Numbered from the stretch's first letter, positions 32,866-41,980 are shown. The stretch is DNA of 64,000 bases from an uncultured Acidobacteriaceae bacterium (GCA_963735915.1 CAVTMX010000030.1:187501-251500); one strand, 5' to 3'. Notes: generated from the letters alone by a model not told the origin. Translations and numbers: made by a program.

Positions 32866-34225
32866 GTGGCGACCTACCATGTGGAGAACTTCGGCTGCCG
32901 TGCGACGCAGGCCGATGGCGCAGCAATCGAGCGGCAACTGCTCGAGCGCGGCCTGGAACGCGCGGGCGATGCCAGCGCGGCCGAAGTCGTCGTCCTGAAT
33001 ACCTGCACGGTCACCGCTGCTGCCGATCAGGACGCGCGCTCCGCCATTCGCCGCATTCATCGCGAGAATCCTGGGGCGAGGATTCTGGTGACTGGCTGCT
33101 ATGCGCAGCGCGCTCCCGAGGAATTGTCGGCGATTCCCGGCGTCAGCCTGGTTATCGGCAATTCCCACAAGCACGTCAACTAGTCGCGATTGATCTGCCC
33201 GCAACTGCCCGGTTTTGTCCCGTTGGCGCAAATTGGCGCGACGGCCGATCCTAGGGTCAGTGTCATCGTCGGTGACATCTTCGCGCATACCGAATTAATG
33301 GCGGCGCCGGTATTCGACGGATCGTCGGAGAAGACGCGACCGAATCTGAAAGTGCAGGACGGCTGCAATAATCGCTGCTCGTTCTGCATCATCCCGTACG
33401 TGCGGGGCAAGAGCCGCTCACTGAAGCTGGAAGAAGTCGTGCGCGAAGTCGATGCGCTGGTCGCCAGCGGATATCGCGAGATTGTTCTTTCGGGCATCAA
33501 TCTCGGACGCTGGGGACGCGAGCTGACGCCGCAGACCAATTTCGCAACCATGCTGCGCGCGATTCTGGAGCGAACCACCATCGAAAAGATTCGTATCAGC
33601 TCGGTCGAGCCGATGGACTGGACCAACGAGGTGGTTGAACTGGTCGCGTCGTCGCCGCGGATCTGCAAGCACGCGCATGTGCCGATGCAGTCAGGCAGCG
33701 ACAACATCCTGCGCAAGATGCATCGCAAGTATCGGCCGTGGCATTATGCCGATCGCATCGAGCGAATTCGGCAGGCGATGCCGGATGCGGCAATCGGCGC
33801 GGATGTCATGGTCGGTTTTCCTGGCGAGACTGATGACGACTTCGAACAGACACGCGCGTTGATCGAACGGCTGCCGTTTACCTATCTGCACGTCTTCACC
33901 TATTCGTCGCGGCCGGGAACGCCATCAGCCGCAATGCCGGATCAGGTGCCGGTGCAGCTCGCTCGGGAACGCAATCGCGTGCTGCGGGAGTTGGCTGCGC
34001 AAAAGAAGCGCGGGTTCATGGAATCGTTCGTTGGGCGCGAAGTTGAAGCGATCACGCTGACACACTTCGACGGCGAGTACACGGAAGCGCTGACGGACAA
34101 CTACCTGAAGTTGCAAGCTCAGCGGCAAGCGCGAACCCAACCGGTGGGGAATTTATATAACGCGGCGCCTACTCAATTCCGAGGGGGTCTCGCCCGCCTG
34201 TGCCTCACGGCAAGATCACTCATGA
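32866..34225 (+). pseudogene. mtaB: tRNA threonylcarbamoyladenosine methylthiotransferase MtaB (radical SAM); 1-2 frameshifts; 3' end uncertain
   Basis: HVENFGCRATQADG...VVLNTCTVT (UPF0004), CNNRCSFCIIPYVRG (radical SAM), HVPMQSGSD, VGFPGETDDDF, ...TDNYLKL|KLSGKREPNRW. ORFs 32866-33183 and 33190-34287. Confidence 0.8.
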
Positions 34226-35060
34226 GCTTTGAAACCGATACTCCGATTTCAGATGTATCGACATCGTTTGGAACGAGGAACCCATAGGTTGCATCTCCGC
34301 TGGTGACAGTGCACATAATTCCTTGTGATTGTTGCTCCATATCAACATCACTGGCGCGGGGGTCGGATGATTTAACAGCATTTTCTATAAGCACCTTTCG
34401 CAACCGTATATCTAATCTCCGATCCAATTCTTCATTAAGGTTGCGCAGGGCTGCCGTCGTGGTCTGCGCGATTGCCGTCGCGGTCTCCGGTGGCCGGTTC
34501 AGGTTTCGGACTAGAGCTAACACCTCTTCCACCATGTCGCGGATGTCGCGTCCCGTCCCGGCGGCGGCGCTAGAGCCTTCCGCATCGGGCAAGCTGTTTA
34601 GCTTCGACTCGAGTTTAGGCCACCATACCTCAAAGGCTTCATCTATATGCGATTCAGCGAGAGCTGCCTCTCCAAGTGCGCTATTCAGGGTTTTTATGAG
34701 TTTGAGGACCTCACCTTTTGCTGCCCGTGTCGCCTGGAATTGGGCCAGCGGTTGCTCGACATCCGCAGGCTCTAAGCCGATTAGAAATGGACAAACGTAG
34801 GTGTTCTCGATTGTCTTGGAAAGGGCCCCGGCTTCGAACAGCAACCAATCCGAGTGGAGATTATCCGGTGTCAAACAAATGATCCCGCCTTTGCAGTCCT
34901 TCAGCTTGGTTGCGATCTCCGTTCCCCACCGCGCGCCTTTGTCGATATCCGCTGCTGAAAGCCACGGCTTTAGAGCATTGATGATTTTAGGTAACCAATC
35001 CCGTAATGCTTCGGCAGCGGCTCCGCTGCGTTTGCCAGACCAACTGATGAACACGTCCAT
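34173..35060 (-). CDS. TIR-domain protein with unassigned ~150-aa C-terminal region
   Basis: MDVFISWSGKRSGAAAEALRDWLPKIINALKPWLSAADIDKGARWGTEIATKLKDCKGGIICLTPDNLHSDWLLFEAGALSK shows TIR_2 hallmarks, including the conserved Glu. The segment is visibly AT-richer than its flanks. Alternative start at 35093. Confidence 0.8.
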   Translation of the reverse strand: MDVFISWSGKRSGAAAEALRDWLPKIINALKPWLSAADIDKGARWGTEIATKLKDCKGGIICLTPDNLHSDWLLFEAGALSKTIENTYVCPFLIGLEPADVEQPLAQFQATRAAKGEVLKLIKTLNSALGEAALAESHIDEAFEVWWPKLESKLNSLPDAEGSSAAAGTGRDIRDMVEEVLALVRNLNRPPETATAIAQTTTAALRNLNEELDRRLDIRLRKVLIENAVKSSDPRASDVDMEQQSQGIMCTVTSGDATYGFLVPNDVDTSEIGVSVSKLMSDLAVRHRRARPPRN

Positions 35061-35120
35061 GTCGCGGATTGTTCCACAACCGCAAGCTGTCAAGCCAGCA
35101 AAAACTCAGTGCGAATCCCA

Positions 35121-35129
35121 TGCTATACT
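35121..35129 (+). promoter_or_regulatory. Candidate extended -10 element (TGcTATACT) upstream of infC
   Basis: tgctatact lies 32 nt before the ATC start. No good -35. Confidence 0.2.
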
Positions 35130-35160
35130 TCCCACTACTGCAGCCACAGCGGAGGACTGT

Positions 35161-35835
35161 ATCGATAAACGTTTTATCCGCACCAATGAGCGCATTCGTG
35201 TCCGCGAAATTCGCGTCATCGACGATGAAGGCAACCAGCTTGGCATCATGCCGCCCTTCGAAGCGCTCAAAATTGCCCGGGAAAAAAGCCTCGACCTGGT
35301 AGAAGTTTCACCCACCGCGCAGCCGCCGGTTTGCCGCATCATGGACTACGGCAAATATCTGTACCAGCAGGAAAAGCGCGAGCGCGAAGCCAAGAAGCAC
35401 CAGCACCAGATCACGGTCAAGGAAGTGAAGTTCCGCATCAACGTGGACGATCACGACTACGAGACCAAGAAGAACCACGTGCTGCGCTTCCTCGACGAAG
35501 GCGACAAGGTGAAGGCGACCATCTTCTTCCGCGGACGCGAAATGACGCGCCAGAGGCTGGGCCGCGAGATTCTGGACCGGCTGATCAAGGACCTGGGCGA
35601 CAAGGCCATGGTGGAGTTCCGTCCGCGGCAGGAAGGCAACACGCTGCACTTGATCCTGGCGCCGCCGAAGGTGCAAGCCCCCGGCCAAGCCGCACGCGCC
35701 CAAGCCGGACAAGCAAGCCGCGCCGCCGGCGCCGCGCCCGCCCGCGCCGACACAGCAGCTCGCAGTGAAGCGACTACGACTGGCCCAATCTGCGCGTTCT
35801 ATGTTGTAATAGATAAATCGTTATGCCAAAGCTGA
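35161..35835 (+). CDS. infC: Translation initiation factor IF-3, with a non-AUG (ATC) start; C-terminal tail frame uncertain
   Basis: GGAGGA-ctgt-[33 protein letters not shown]...[25 protein letters not shown]...[18 protein letters not shown]...FFRGREM. An alternative tail frame gives [14 protein letters not shown]... with a stop at about 35808. Confidence 0.85.
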   Translation: MDKRFIRTNERIRVREIRVIDDEGNQLGIMPPFEALKIAREKSLDLVEVSPTAQPPVCRIMDYGKYLYQQEKREREAKKHQHQITVKEVKFRINVDDHDYETKKNHVLRFLDEGDKVKATIFFRGREMTRQRLGREILDRLIKDLGDKAMVEFRPRQEGNTLHLILAPPKVQAPGQAARAQAGQASRAAGAAPARADTAARSEATTTGPICAFYVVIDKSLCQS

Positions 35836-36016
35836 AGACTCACAGCGGAGCGGCCAAGCGCTTCAAGAAGACAGGTACGGGCAAGATCAAGCGCGGTCAC
35901 GCGTTCAAGCGCCACATCCTGACTTCCAAGGGCACCAAGCGCAAGCGCCAGCTCGATACCGACGTGATGGTCGACAAGGCCGACTGCCCAAGATCAAGCG
36001 CATGATCCCCTACTAG
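35823..36016 (+). pseudogene. rpmI: 50S ribosomal protein L35; 1-nt deletion near the 3' end as assembled
   Basis: [44 protein letters not shown]...VDKADCP|KIKRMIPY. The frame is restored by one extra C at 35987-35990. Confidence 0.85.
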
Positions 36017-36165
36017 CCGCATGGTGCGGCAACCGGCGGCATCGATTCGATCCAGAGTCGATGACGGTCAACAGCGTGTGAAGAGGTATATCGGCCCCTC
36101 CTGCCGCGGCGGGCGCGGTCACCTTCTTACCTCCAGCCGCTTAACGCAGATGAAAAGGAGCAGCC

Positions 36166-36519
36166 ATGCCTCGCGTAAAACGTGGTACCAAGCGCCGTGC
36201 GCGCCGCAAAAAGATTCTTGAGCGCGCAAGCGGCTATTACCTGACAAAATCCAAACTCTACCGCTCGGCAAAAGAGTCGGTGGAGCGCGGCCTGAAGTTC
36301 GCCTACAGCGGCCGCAAGCAGAAGAAGCGCCAGTTCCGCTCCATCTGGATCGTGCGCATCGGCGCCGCCGCCAAGCTGAATGGATCAGCTACGCAGTTCA
36401 TCAGCGGACTGAAGAAGGCCGGCATCGAGCTGGATCGCAAGATCCTGGCCGACCTGGCGGTGAACGATCCAGCGGGGTTTGCGACACTGTGCAAGCAGGC
36501 GCAAAGCGCGGCAGCCTGA
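36166..36519 (+). CDS. rplT: 50S ribosomal protein L20
   Basis: [65 protein letters not shown]...[18 protein letters not shown]. Confidence 0.9.
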   Translation: MPRVKRGTKRRARRKKILERASGYYLTKSKLYRSAKESVERGLKFAYSGRKQKKRQFRSIWIVRIGAAAKLNGSATQFISGLKKAGIELDRKILADLAVNDPAGFATLCKQAQSAAA

Positions 36520-36563
36520 CACTCGCTCCAGCTCAAAGCACCAGGCGCGTTCGCCATCAGCTC

Positions 36564-38222
36564 ATGCGACTTCCTCTGAGACCCGCATTGTTCGCGGCCC
36601 TGCTCTTTTTGCAGGCGCTGTGCCTCAGCGCGCAGACTGGTCCGAAATTTGAAGTTGTGGTCCCCGCGACGGCGCACGCGCAGCCCATCACCGGCCGCGT
36701 CTACGTCATCCTCAGTCGCAAGCAGAGCGACGACCTGCGGGAACGCATCGGCTCCTGGCAGCAGGAGACTCCCTTCTTCGGCAGCGACGTCAGCGCTCTT
36801 GCGCCCGGCGTCCCCGGCATCATCGACGGCGACACGCCCGGCTACCCGCTGCACAGCCTGAAAGACATTCCCGCCGGCGACTACTACGTGCAGGCGCTGG
36901 TCAACGTTTACACGGAGTTCCACCGCGCCGACGGCCACGTCATCTGGGCGCACATGGACCAGTGGGAGGGCCAGCAGTTCAACCAGCTCGCCCGGCAACC
37001 TGTACAGCGAGGTGCAGAAGCTGCACCTCGATCCGGCAACGGGCTACGACGTCAAGCTGGATGCGAGCCAAGATGATCCCGCCGGTCGAGCTGCCGCCGA
37101 CACGCAGTGGGTGAAGCACATCAAGTTCGAAAGCAAGCTGCTGACAAGGTTCTGGGGCCATCCGATCTACCTCGGCGCAACCGTGCTGCTGCCGAAGGAC
37201 TACGACGAGCACCCCAACGTGCGCTATCCGGTCATCTACGAGCAGGACCACTTCGGGCTGGCCCGCCGCTGTTCATGCAGATGGAGCCCCCGAAGGATGG
37301 CTCGAAGTGGGGCCCGCTTCGCTACCAGGCGTTTCAGGCGTGGAGCGGCGACAATTCCCGCGCATGATCGGCGTGACGTTTCAGCACCCGACGCCCTACT
37401 TCGACGACTCCTACGCCGTGAACTCCGCCAACAACGGCCCCTATGGCGACGCGATCATGCAGGAACTGATCCCGTATCTGGAGCAGCACTTCCGCATCAT
37501 TCGCGAGCCCTGGGCGCGCGTGCTGATCGGCGGCTCGACCGGCGGCTGGGAGTCGCTGGCGCTCCAGCTCTATCATCCGGAATTTTTCGGCGGCACCTGG
37601 ACCGGCTTCCCCGACCCAATCGATTTCCGCCACGACCAACTGGTCGAACATCTACGAGGACGCGAACGCCTTCGACGTGCCGGGATACGAGTGGGTGCAG
37701 CGCGAGCGCCCACTGATGCGCACCGCCGAGGGACAGGTGGTCGAGACCGATGCGGCAGATGAGCCAACTGGAAGACGTGCTCGGATCCATGGCCGCTCGG
37801 CGCAGCAACTCGAGACCTGGGAAGCGGTCTATGGTCCGGTCGGCGCGGACGGCTATCCCAAGCCGCTGTGGGACAAGCGCACCGGCGCGATCGATCGCAC
37901 GGTAGCAAACTACATGCGCGACCACGGGTACGACCTGCGGTATTACCTGCAACAGAATTGGGCGCGGATCGGCCCGCAGATCATGGACAAGATATTCATC
38001 TGGGTCGGCGACATGGACAATTTTTACCTGAATCTCGCCGTGTACGACATGGAGGACTTCCTCAAATCGCACCCCGAGGCGCATGCGAAGTTCGAGTACG
38101 GCCGCCCGGAGAAAGGCCACGGCTGGTTCCCGTGGGAACCGAAGGACTTCATCAAGATGATGGCCGACCACATGGCCGCGCACGCGCCGGCTGGCGCGGA
38201 CACGAAGAGCTGGCATTATTAG
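36564..38222 (+). pseudogene. Secreted esterase-family (enterochelin-esterase-like alpha/beta) protein; at least 5 frameshifts as assembled
   Basis: Signal peptide MRLPLRPALFAALLFLQALCLSAQ; ...IMQELIPYLEQHFRIIREPWARVLIGGSTGGWESLALQLYHPEFFGG...; tail ...FIWVGDMDNFYLNLAVYDMEDFL...GHGWFPWEP. Pieces in ORFs 36489-37076, 37012-37716, 37307-37762 and 37677-38222. Confidence 0.6.
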
Positions 38223-38224
38223 CG

Positions 38225-39361
38225 ATGTACACCGTTCCTAAACTCGAGGACTATTCGCCTGACGCGCTCGACCGCGCGGTTGCCGAACTGTTGCGTGCAC
38301 TCGACGAAGAAGCCGCCACGCTGAAAGACGAATCCGACTGGAAGACCTTCCGAGATCGTTGGCTCGCGCGCAAGAACGGCGTACTTACGCAGGTCAACGA
38401 CACCTGGCTCAAGGCTGCGCCGGGCCCCGCGAAGCGCGATGTCGGCCAGCGCGTGAACGCGCTCAAGGCGCACGTCGAATCCGCTGTGGATGAGGCGCTA
38501 GCGAAACTCTTGCCTCGGCCGGGCGTTAATATCTCAAAGGTTGTTGGATATGCGGCCCTGAAAAGAGCTGCGGAGCCCGATCTCGACATCACCCTCCCCG
38601 GCATCCACCGCCCCATCGGCGTCAAGCACCCCATCCTCCGCGCGATGGACGACATCGTCGCCGTCTTCAAGGCCATGGGCTACTCCATCGGCGAAGGTCC
38701 CGAGGTCGAGACCGACTACTACAACTTCGAGTCGCTGAATTTTCCGCCCAACCACCCGGCGCGCGACACGCAGGACACGCTGTTCATCGCCGGCCAGGAC
38801 GAGAAGCCCGCGCGCGACCGCCTGCTGCTGCGCACGCACACGTCGCCGGTGCAGATTCGCACCATGGAGCGGCAGCCGCCGCCGGTGCGCATCGTCATCC
38901 CCGGCAAGGTGCACCGCAACGATCCGCTCGACGCGACGCACTCGCCGGTCTTCCACCAGGTCGAAGGGCTGGCGGTCGACACCAACATCACCTTTTGCGA
39001 CCTGAAGGGCACGCTGGACCACGCCATGAAGGCGCTGTTCGGCTCGTCGGTGAAGACGCGCTTCTACCCATCGTTCTTCCCTTTCACCGAGCCGAGCGCC
39101 GACATGCAGGTGAGCTGCATCTTCTGCGGCGGCAAAGGCTGCCGCAAATGCAAATTCAGCGGCTGGATCGAGCTGCTGGGCTGCGGCATGGTCGACCCGA
39201 ACGTCTTCGAGTTCGTGAAGCACAACGGCTACGACTCGTCGAAGATCAGCGGCTTCGCCTTCGGCATGGGTGTGGAGCGTATCGCGATGCTGAAGTACGA
39301 GGTGGAAGAGATCCAGTTGTTCTACGAGGGCGACGTGCGCTTCCTGGAGCAGTTCGCGTGA
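38225..39361 (+). CDS. pheS: Phenylalanine--tRNA ligase alpha subunit
   Basis: FPPNHPARDTQDTLF, HTSPVQIR, FHQVEGL, GFAFGMGVERIAML. Met 38225 lies inside ORF 37868-39361. Confidence 0.95.
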   Translation: MYTVPKLEDYSPDALDRAVAELLRALDEEAATLKDESDWKTFRDRWLARKNGVLTQVNDTWLKAAPGPAKRDVGQRVNALKAHVESAVDEALAKLLPRPGVNISKVVGYAALKRAAEPDLDITLPGIHRPIGVKHPILRAMDDIVAVFKAMGYSIGEGPEVETDYYNFESLNFPPNHPARDTQDTLFIAGQDEKPARDRLLLRTHTSPVQIRTMERQPPPVRIVIPGKVHRNDPLDATHSPVFHQVEGLAVDTNITFCDLKGTLDHAMKALFGSSVKTRFYPSFFPFTEPSADMQVSCIFCGGKGCRKCKFSGWIELLGCGMVDPNVFEFVKHNGYDSSKISGFAFGMGVERIAMLKYEVEEIQLFYEGDVRFLEQFA

Positions 39362-39409
39362 TGGAGCAGCGTTCAAGCTGGAATGGACGAGCGGGCCGCT
39401 ATGAAAAGA

Positions 39410-39577
39410 GCGCCGTAGGCGCGGAAGAGCTCAGCCCAGCGCTTCAGCGCTGGGTAGCGTTCCATGATGCGGTGAGTGCCGTAGGCACGGCACAGCCCGG
39501 ATTCTCTGCCGTCCCTACGGGATCCGGAGCAACTTCTGACGCCTACCCAGCGCTCAAGCGCTGGGCTAAGCTCTTCC
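39410..39577. repeat. Composite hairpin repeat between pheS and pheT: 37-nt inverted repeats flanking CCGTAGG-type hairpins
   Basis: IR-L 39423-39459 ggaagagctcagcccagcgcttcagcgctgggtagcg versus the reverse complement of IR-R 39540-39577: 2 mismatches plus 1 indel. Inner hairpins are gcgccgtaggcgc, gtgccgtaggcac and ccgtccctacgg. Confidence 0.8.
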
Positions 39578-39686
39578 GTCCCGGGAGCGGGACTCTGCCA
39601 TTCGCGCTTCTGGCCTCCTGCCATTCAGCAAGATTTCATGAGAGCCAGATTGAGCTTCCGTTTGTAAACGCGAACAGGGAGTTGGC

Positions 39687-41900
39687 GTGAGAATTCTTCC
39701 CGCATGGTTGCGTGAGTTTGTTGATATCGCGGCTGACGACCGTCAGCTCGCCGAGGCGCTGACTTCAGCCGGCATCGCGGTGGAGTCCGTCCAGCAAGAA
39801 CGGGGCCAGACGGTTTACGAGATGGACCTCACGACCAACCGCGTGGACGCGATGAACCATTACGGCGTCGCGCGGGAAGCGTCGGCCATCTACGACGTTG
39901 AGCTGAAGAAGGTCGAGCCGAAGCTGCCTGCCAACAATAGGGGTCCTTCGACTCCGGGGCGAGGCGCGCCTGCGCTCAGGATGACACCCGATAAGAGGGC
40001 GTCGCCAATCGTGGCCGCCCGCAGCGCGAGTGATGCCTTCCCGATCCTCATCGAGGACCCGCAAGGCTGCGCGCGATATACCGCCCGCATTGTTCGCAAT
40101 GTAAAGATCGGCGCTTCACCGGAACGCGTCGTCAAGCGGCTGGAACTGCTCGGCTCGCGCTCCATCAACAACGGCGCAGATGCGACCAACTACGCGATTA
40201 ACGAACTCGGCCATCCCACGCATGCGTTCGATCTTGATTTACTCGAAGGCGGCACGATCATCGTGCGGCGGGCCCGCGAAGGCGAGGTTCTCAAGACGCT
40301 CGACGGCGTTGACCGCAAGCTCACGACAGACGACCTCGTCATCGCCGATGCTAGGAAGCCGGTGGCGCTCGCCGGCGTGATGGGCGGCTTCGACACCATG
40401 ATCACCGAGCGCACGCAGAACGTGCTCATCGAGTCGGCGTGGTTCGAGCGGTGGACGGTGCGCGGCATGGCCAAGCGTCACGGGATGCACACGGACGCCT
40501 CGCATCGCTTCGAGCGCGGGGCTGACTACGGCATCACCCCGCTGGCGTGCGACCGCGTGGCCGAACTGATTCTGCAGAGCGCCGGCGGCGAACGGCATGG
40601 CGAGCGCATCGATACAATCGGCCGTGAGTTGCAGCGCGCACCCATCACATTGCGCAGCTCCGAGGTGCGGCGCAATCTTGGGACCGACATCGCAGCGGAG
40701 GAGATCGAGCGCATTCTGCGCAGATTAGGATTCGCGACGACGAGCGCCGCCAAATCGGCAGCGTCAACCGAGACCTGGAACGTTCAGGCTCCTACCTGGC
40801 GCCTTGACGTCGAGCGCGAGATCGACCTGCTGGAAGAAATCGCGCGCATCTACGGCTACAACAAATTTCCCAACACCCTGCCGGCATTCTCGGGCGCGGT
40901 CGTCGAGCTGCCGGACGAGGCGAAGAACGCCAGAGTTCGCCAGACCATGCTCGCGCTCGGTTACAACGAGGCTATCTCGATCACGTTCATCTCGGAGCAG
41001 GACGCGCGCACCTTCGCCTCCCACCCTTTCGCCAACACCGGGGGAAAGGACGGGGCACCCACATCTGATGGTGCGCCCGCATCCGATGGGGCACCCCCGT
41101 CCGAGCCGCTGGATCTGGCCAATCCCCTGAGCGAAGAAGCGCGTTGCATGCGCACCTCACTTTTGCCCGGGCTCTTGGACCTGGTTGGTTACAACTTGAA
41201 TCGCGGGACGAACAATGTCCGGCTGTTCGAAGCCGGCGAGGTCTTCGAGAAAATCGGTCATCGGCACGATGAGCGCCGGCATCTGGGATTGGTCGCCACC
41301 GGAGAGGCGATTGCCAAAGACGTGCACCGCAGCCAGGCGGAGCCCTACACCTTCTTTCACATGAAGGGCGACCTAGAAGAATTGCTCGCGGCATTTCAGC
41401 ATCAGTCGCTGCACTTCGACGCTATTGTCCCGGCCTATCTTCATCCCGGCCGGGCGACGCGCGCCATCATGGATGGTGAGACTGTCGCTGTGTTCGGACA
41501 ATTGAATCCCGAGCAGGCAGCCGCGCGCAAACTGCGCCAGGACGTTTACCTGGCCGAGGTGAGGCTCGACCGTGTCTATCGGCACGGCCTGCGCGAGCCG
41601 CGCTATCGTCGCATCTCGAAGTTCCCTGCCGTCGGGCGCGACTTCTCGTTTGTCTTCGACGATGGGGTGACGTGGGAGAAGACCAACTCTGCGGTGCAAG
41701 AGCTTCGCATCGCCGAACTCGTCAACCTACAGCCGGCCGAGATCTATCGCGGTGAGAAGGTCGGCGCCGGCAAGTACTCGCTTCTCGTCCACGCCGAGTT
41801 CCAGTCCCAGGAACGCACGCTGCGCGACGACGAAGTGGCGCAATGGTCAGCGCAGATCATCCGCCGGCTAGAATCGTTGGGCGGAACCCTGCGCGCGTGA
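39687..41900 (+). CDS. pheT: Phenylalanine--tRNA ligase beta subunit (form lacking the EMAP-type tRNA-binding domain)
   Basis: MRILPAWLREFV...DLTTNRVDAMNHYGVAREA...CARYTARIV...SPERVVKRLELLGSRSINN...; FDX-ACB tail ...FSFVFDDGVTWE...SLLVHAEFQSQERTLRD. Confidence 0.95.
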   Translation: MRILPAWLREFVDIAADDRQLAEALTSAGIAVESVQQERGQTVYEMDLTTNRVDAMNHYGVAREASAIYDVELKKVEPKLPANNRGPSTPGRGAPALRMTPDKRASPIVAARSASDAFPILIEDPQGCARYTARIVRNVKIGASPERVVKRLELLGSRSINNGADATNYAINELGHPTHAFDLDLLEGGTIIVRRAREGEVLKTLDGVDRKLTTDDLVIADARKPVALAGVMGGFDTMITERTQNVLIESAWFERWTVRGMAKRHGMHTDASHRFERGADYGITPLACDRVAELILQSAGGERHGERIDTIGRELQRAPITLRSSEVRRNLGTDIAAEEIERILRRLGFATTSAAKSAASTETWNVQAPTWRLDVEREIDLLEEIARIYGYNKFPNTLPAFSGAVVELPDEAKNARVRQTMLALGYNEAISITFISEQDARTFASHPFANTGGKDGAPTSDGAPASDGAPPSEPLDLANPLSEEARCMRTSLLPGLLDLVGYNLNRGTNNVRLFEAGEVFEKIGHRHDERRHLGLVATGEAIAKDVHRSQAEPYTFFHMKGDLEELLAAFQHQSLHFDAIVPAYLHPGRATRAIMDGETVAVFGQLNPEQAAARKLRQDVYLAEVRLDRVYRHGLREPRYRRISKFPAVGRDFSFVFDDGVTWEKTNSAVQELRIAELVNLQPAEIYRGEKVGAGKYSLLVHAEFQSQERTLRDDEVAQWSAQIIRRLESLGGTLRA
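39958..39986 (-). repeat. GTCATCCTGAGCG box embedded in frame within pheT
   Basis: The reverse complement of 39973-39985 equals gtcatcctgagcg (identical to 26715-26727). In pheT it is translated as ...GRGAPALRMTPDK... Confidence 0.5.
41049..41102 (+). repeat. Three imperfect 18-bp tandem repeats inside pheT (DGAPTS DGAPAS DGAPPS)
   Basis: gacggggcacccacatct gatggtgcgcccgcatcc gatggggcacccccgtcc. Confidence 0.8.
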
Positions 41901-41980
41901 ATTCGTCGCAGAGCTACAGGGCTAAGAGTCCTTACTCGCGATATGCGTTTATAGCAGAGACTTGCCTGGCCGGCTCAGGA

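Noticed and set aside
34303-34800. 165-aa ORF antisense to the TIR gene
   Set aside because: No motif, Ser/Arg-rich. The TIR frame on the other strand has strong domain hallmarks.
35985-36016. Programmed frameshift or recoding in rpmI, and in the other broken genes
   Set aside because: There is no slippery heptamer or downstream stimulatory structure. The lesions I rebuilt are single-base losses in short homopolymers, and breaks occur in many unrelated genes, so technical error is far more likely.
39410-39577. Possibility that the hairpin clusters are CRISPR arrays
   Set aside because: There is no constant direct repeat alternating with unique spacers of regular length. The units are inverted repeats of varying sequence, and no cas genes are present.
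39373-39624. 83-aa ORF in the pheS-pheT spacer; similar ORFs at 63459-63644, 63440-63625 and the N-terminus of 59546-59986
   Set aside because: These are translations of the hairpin-repeat clusters (peptides such as SPALERWV and FSRAE..GLKPGA). They are readable on both strands because the DNA is palindromic, and they are not genes.
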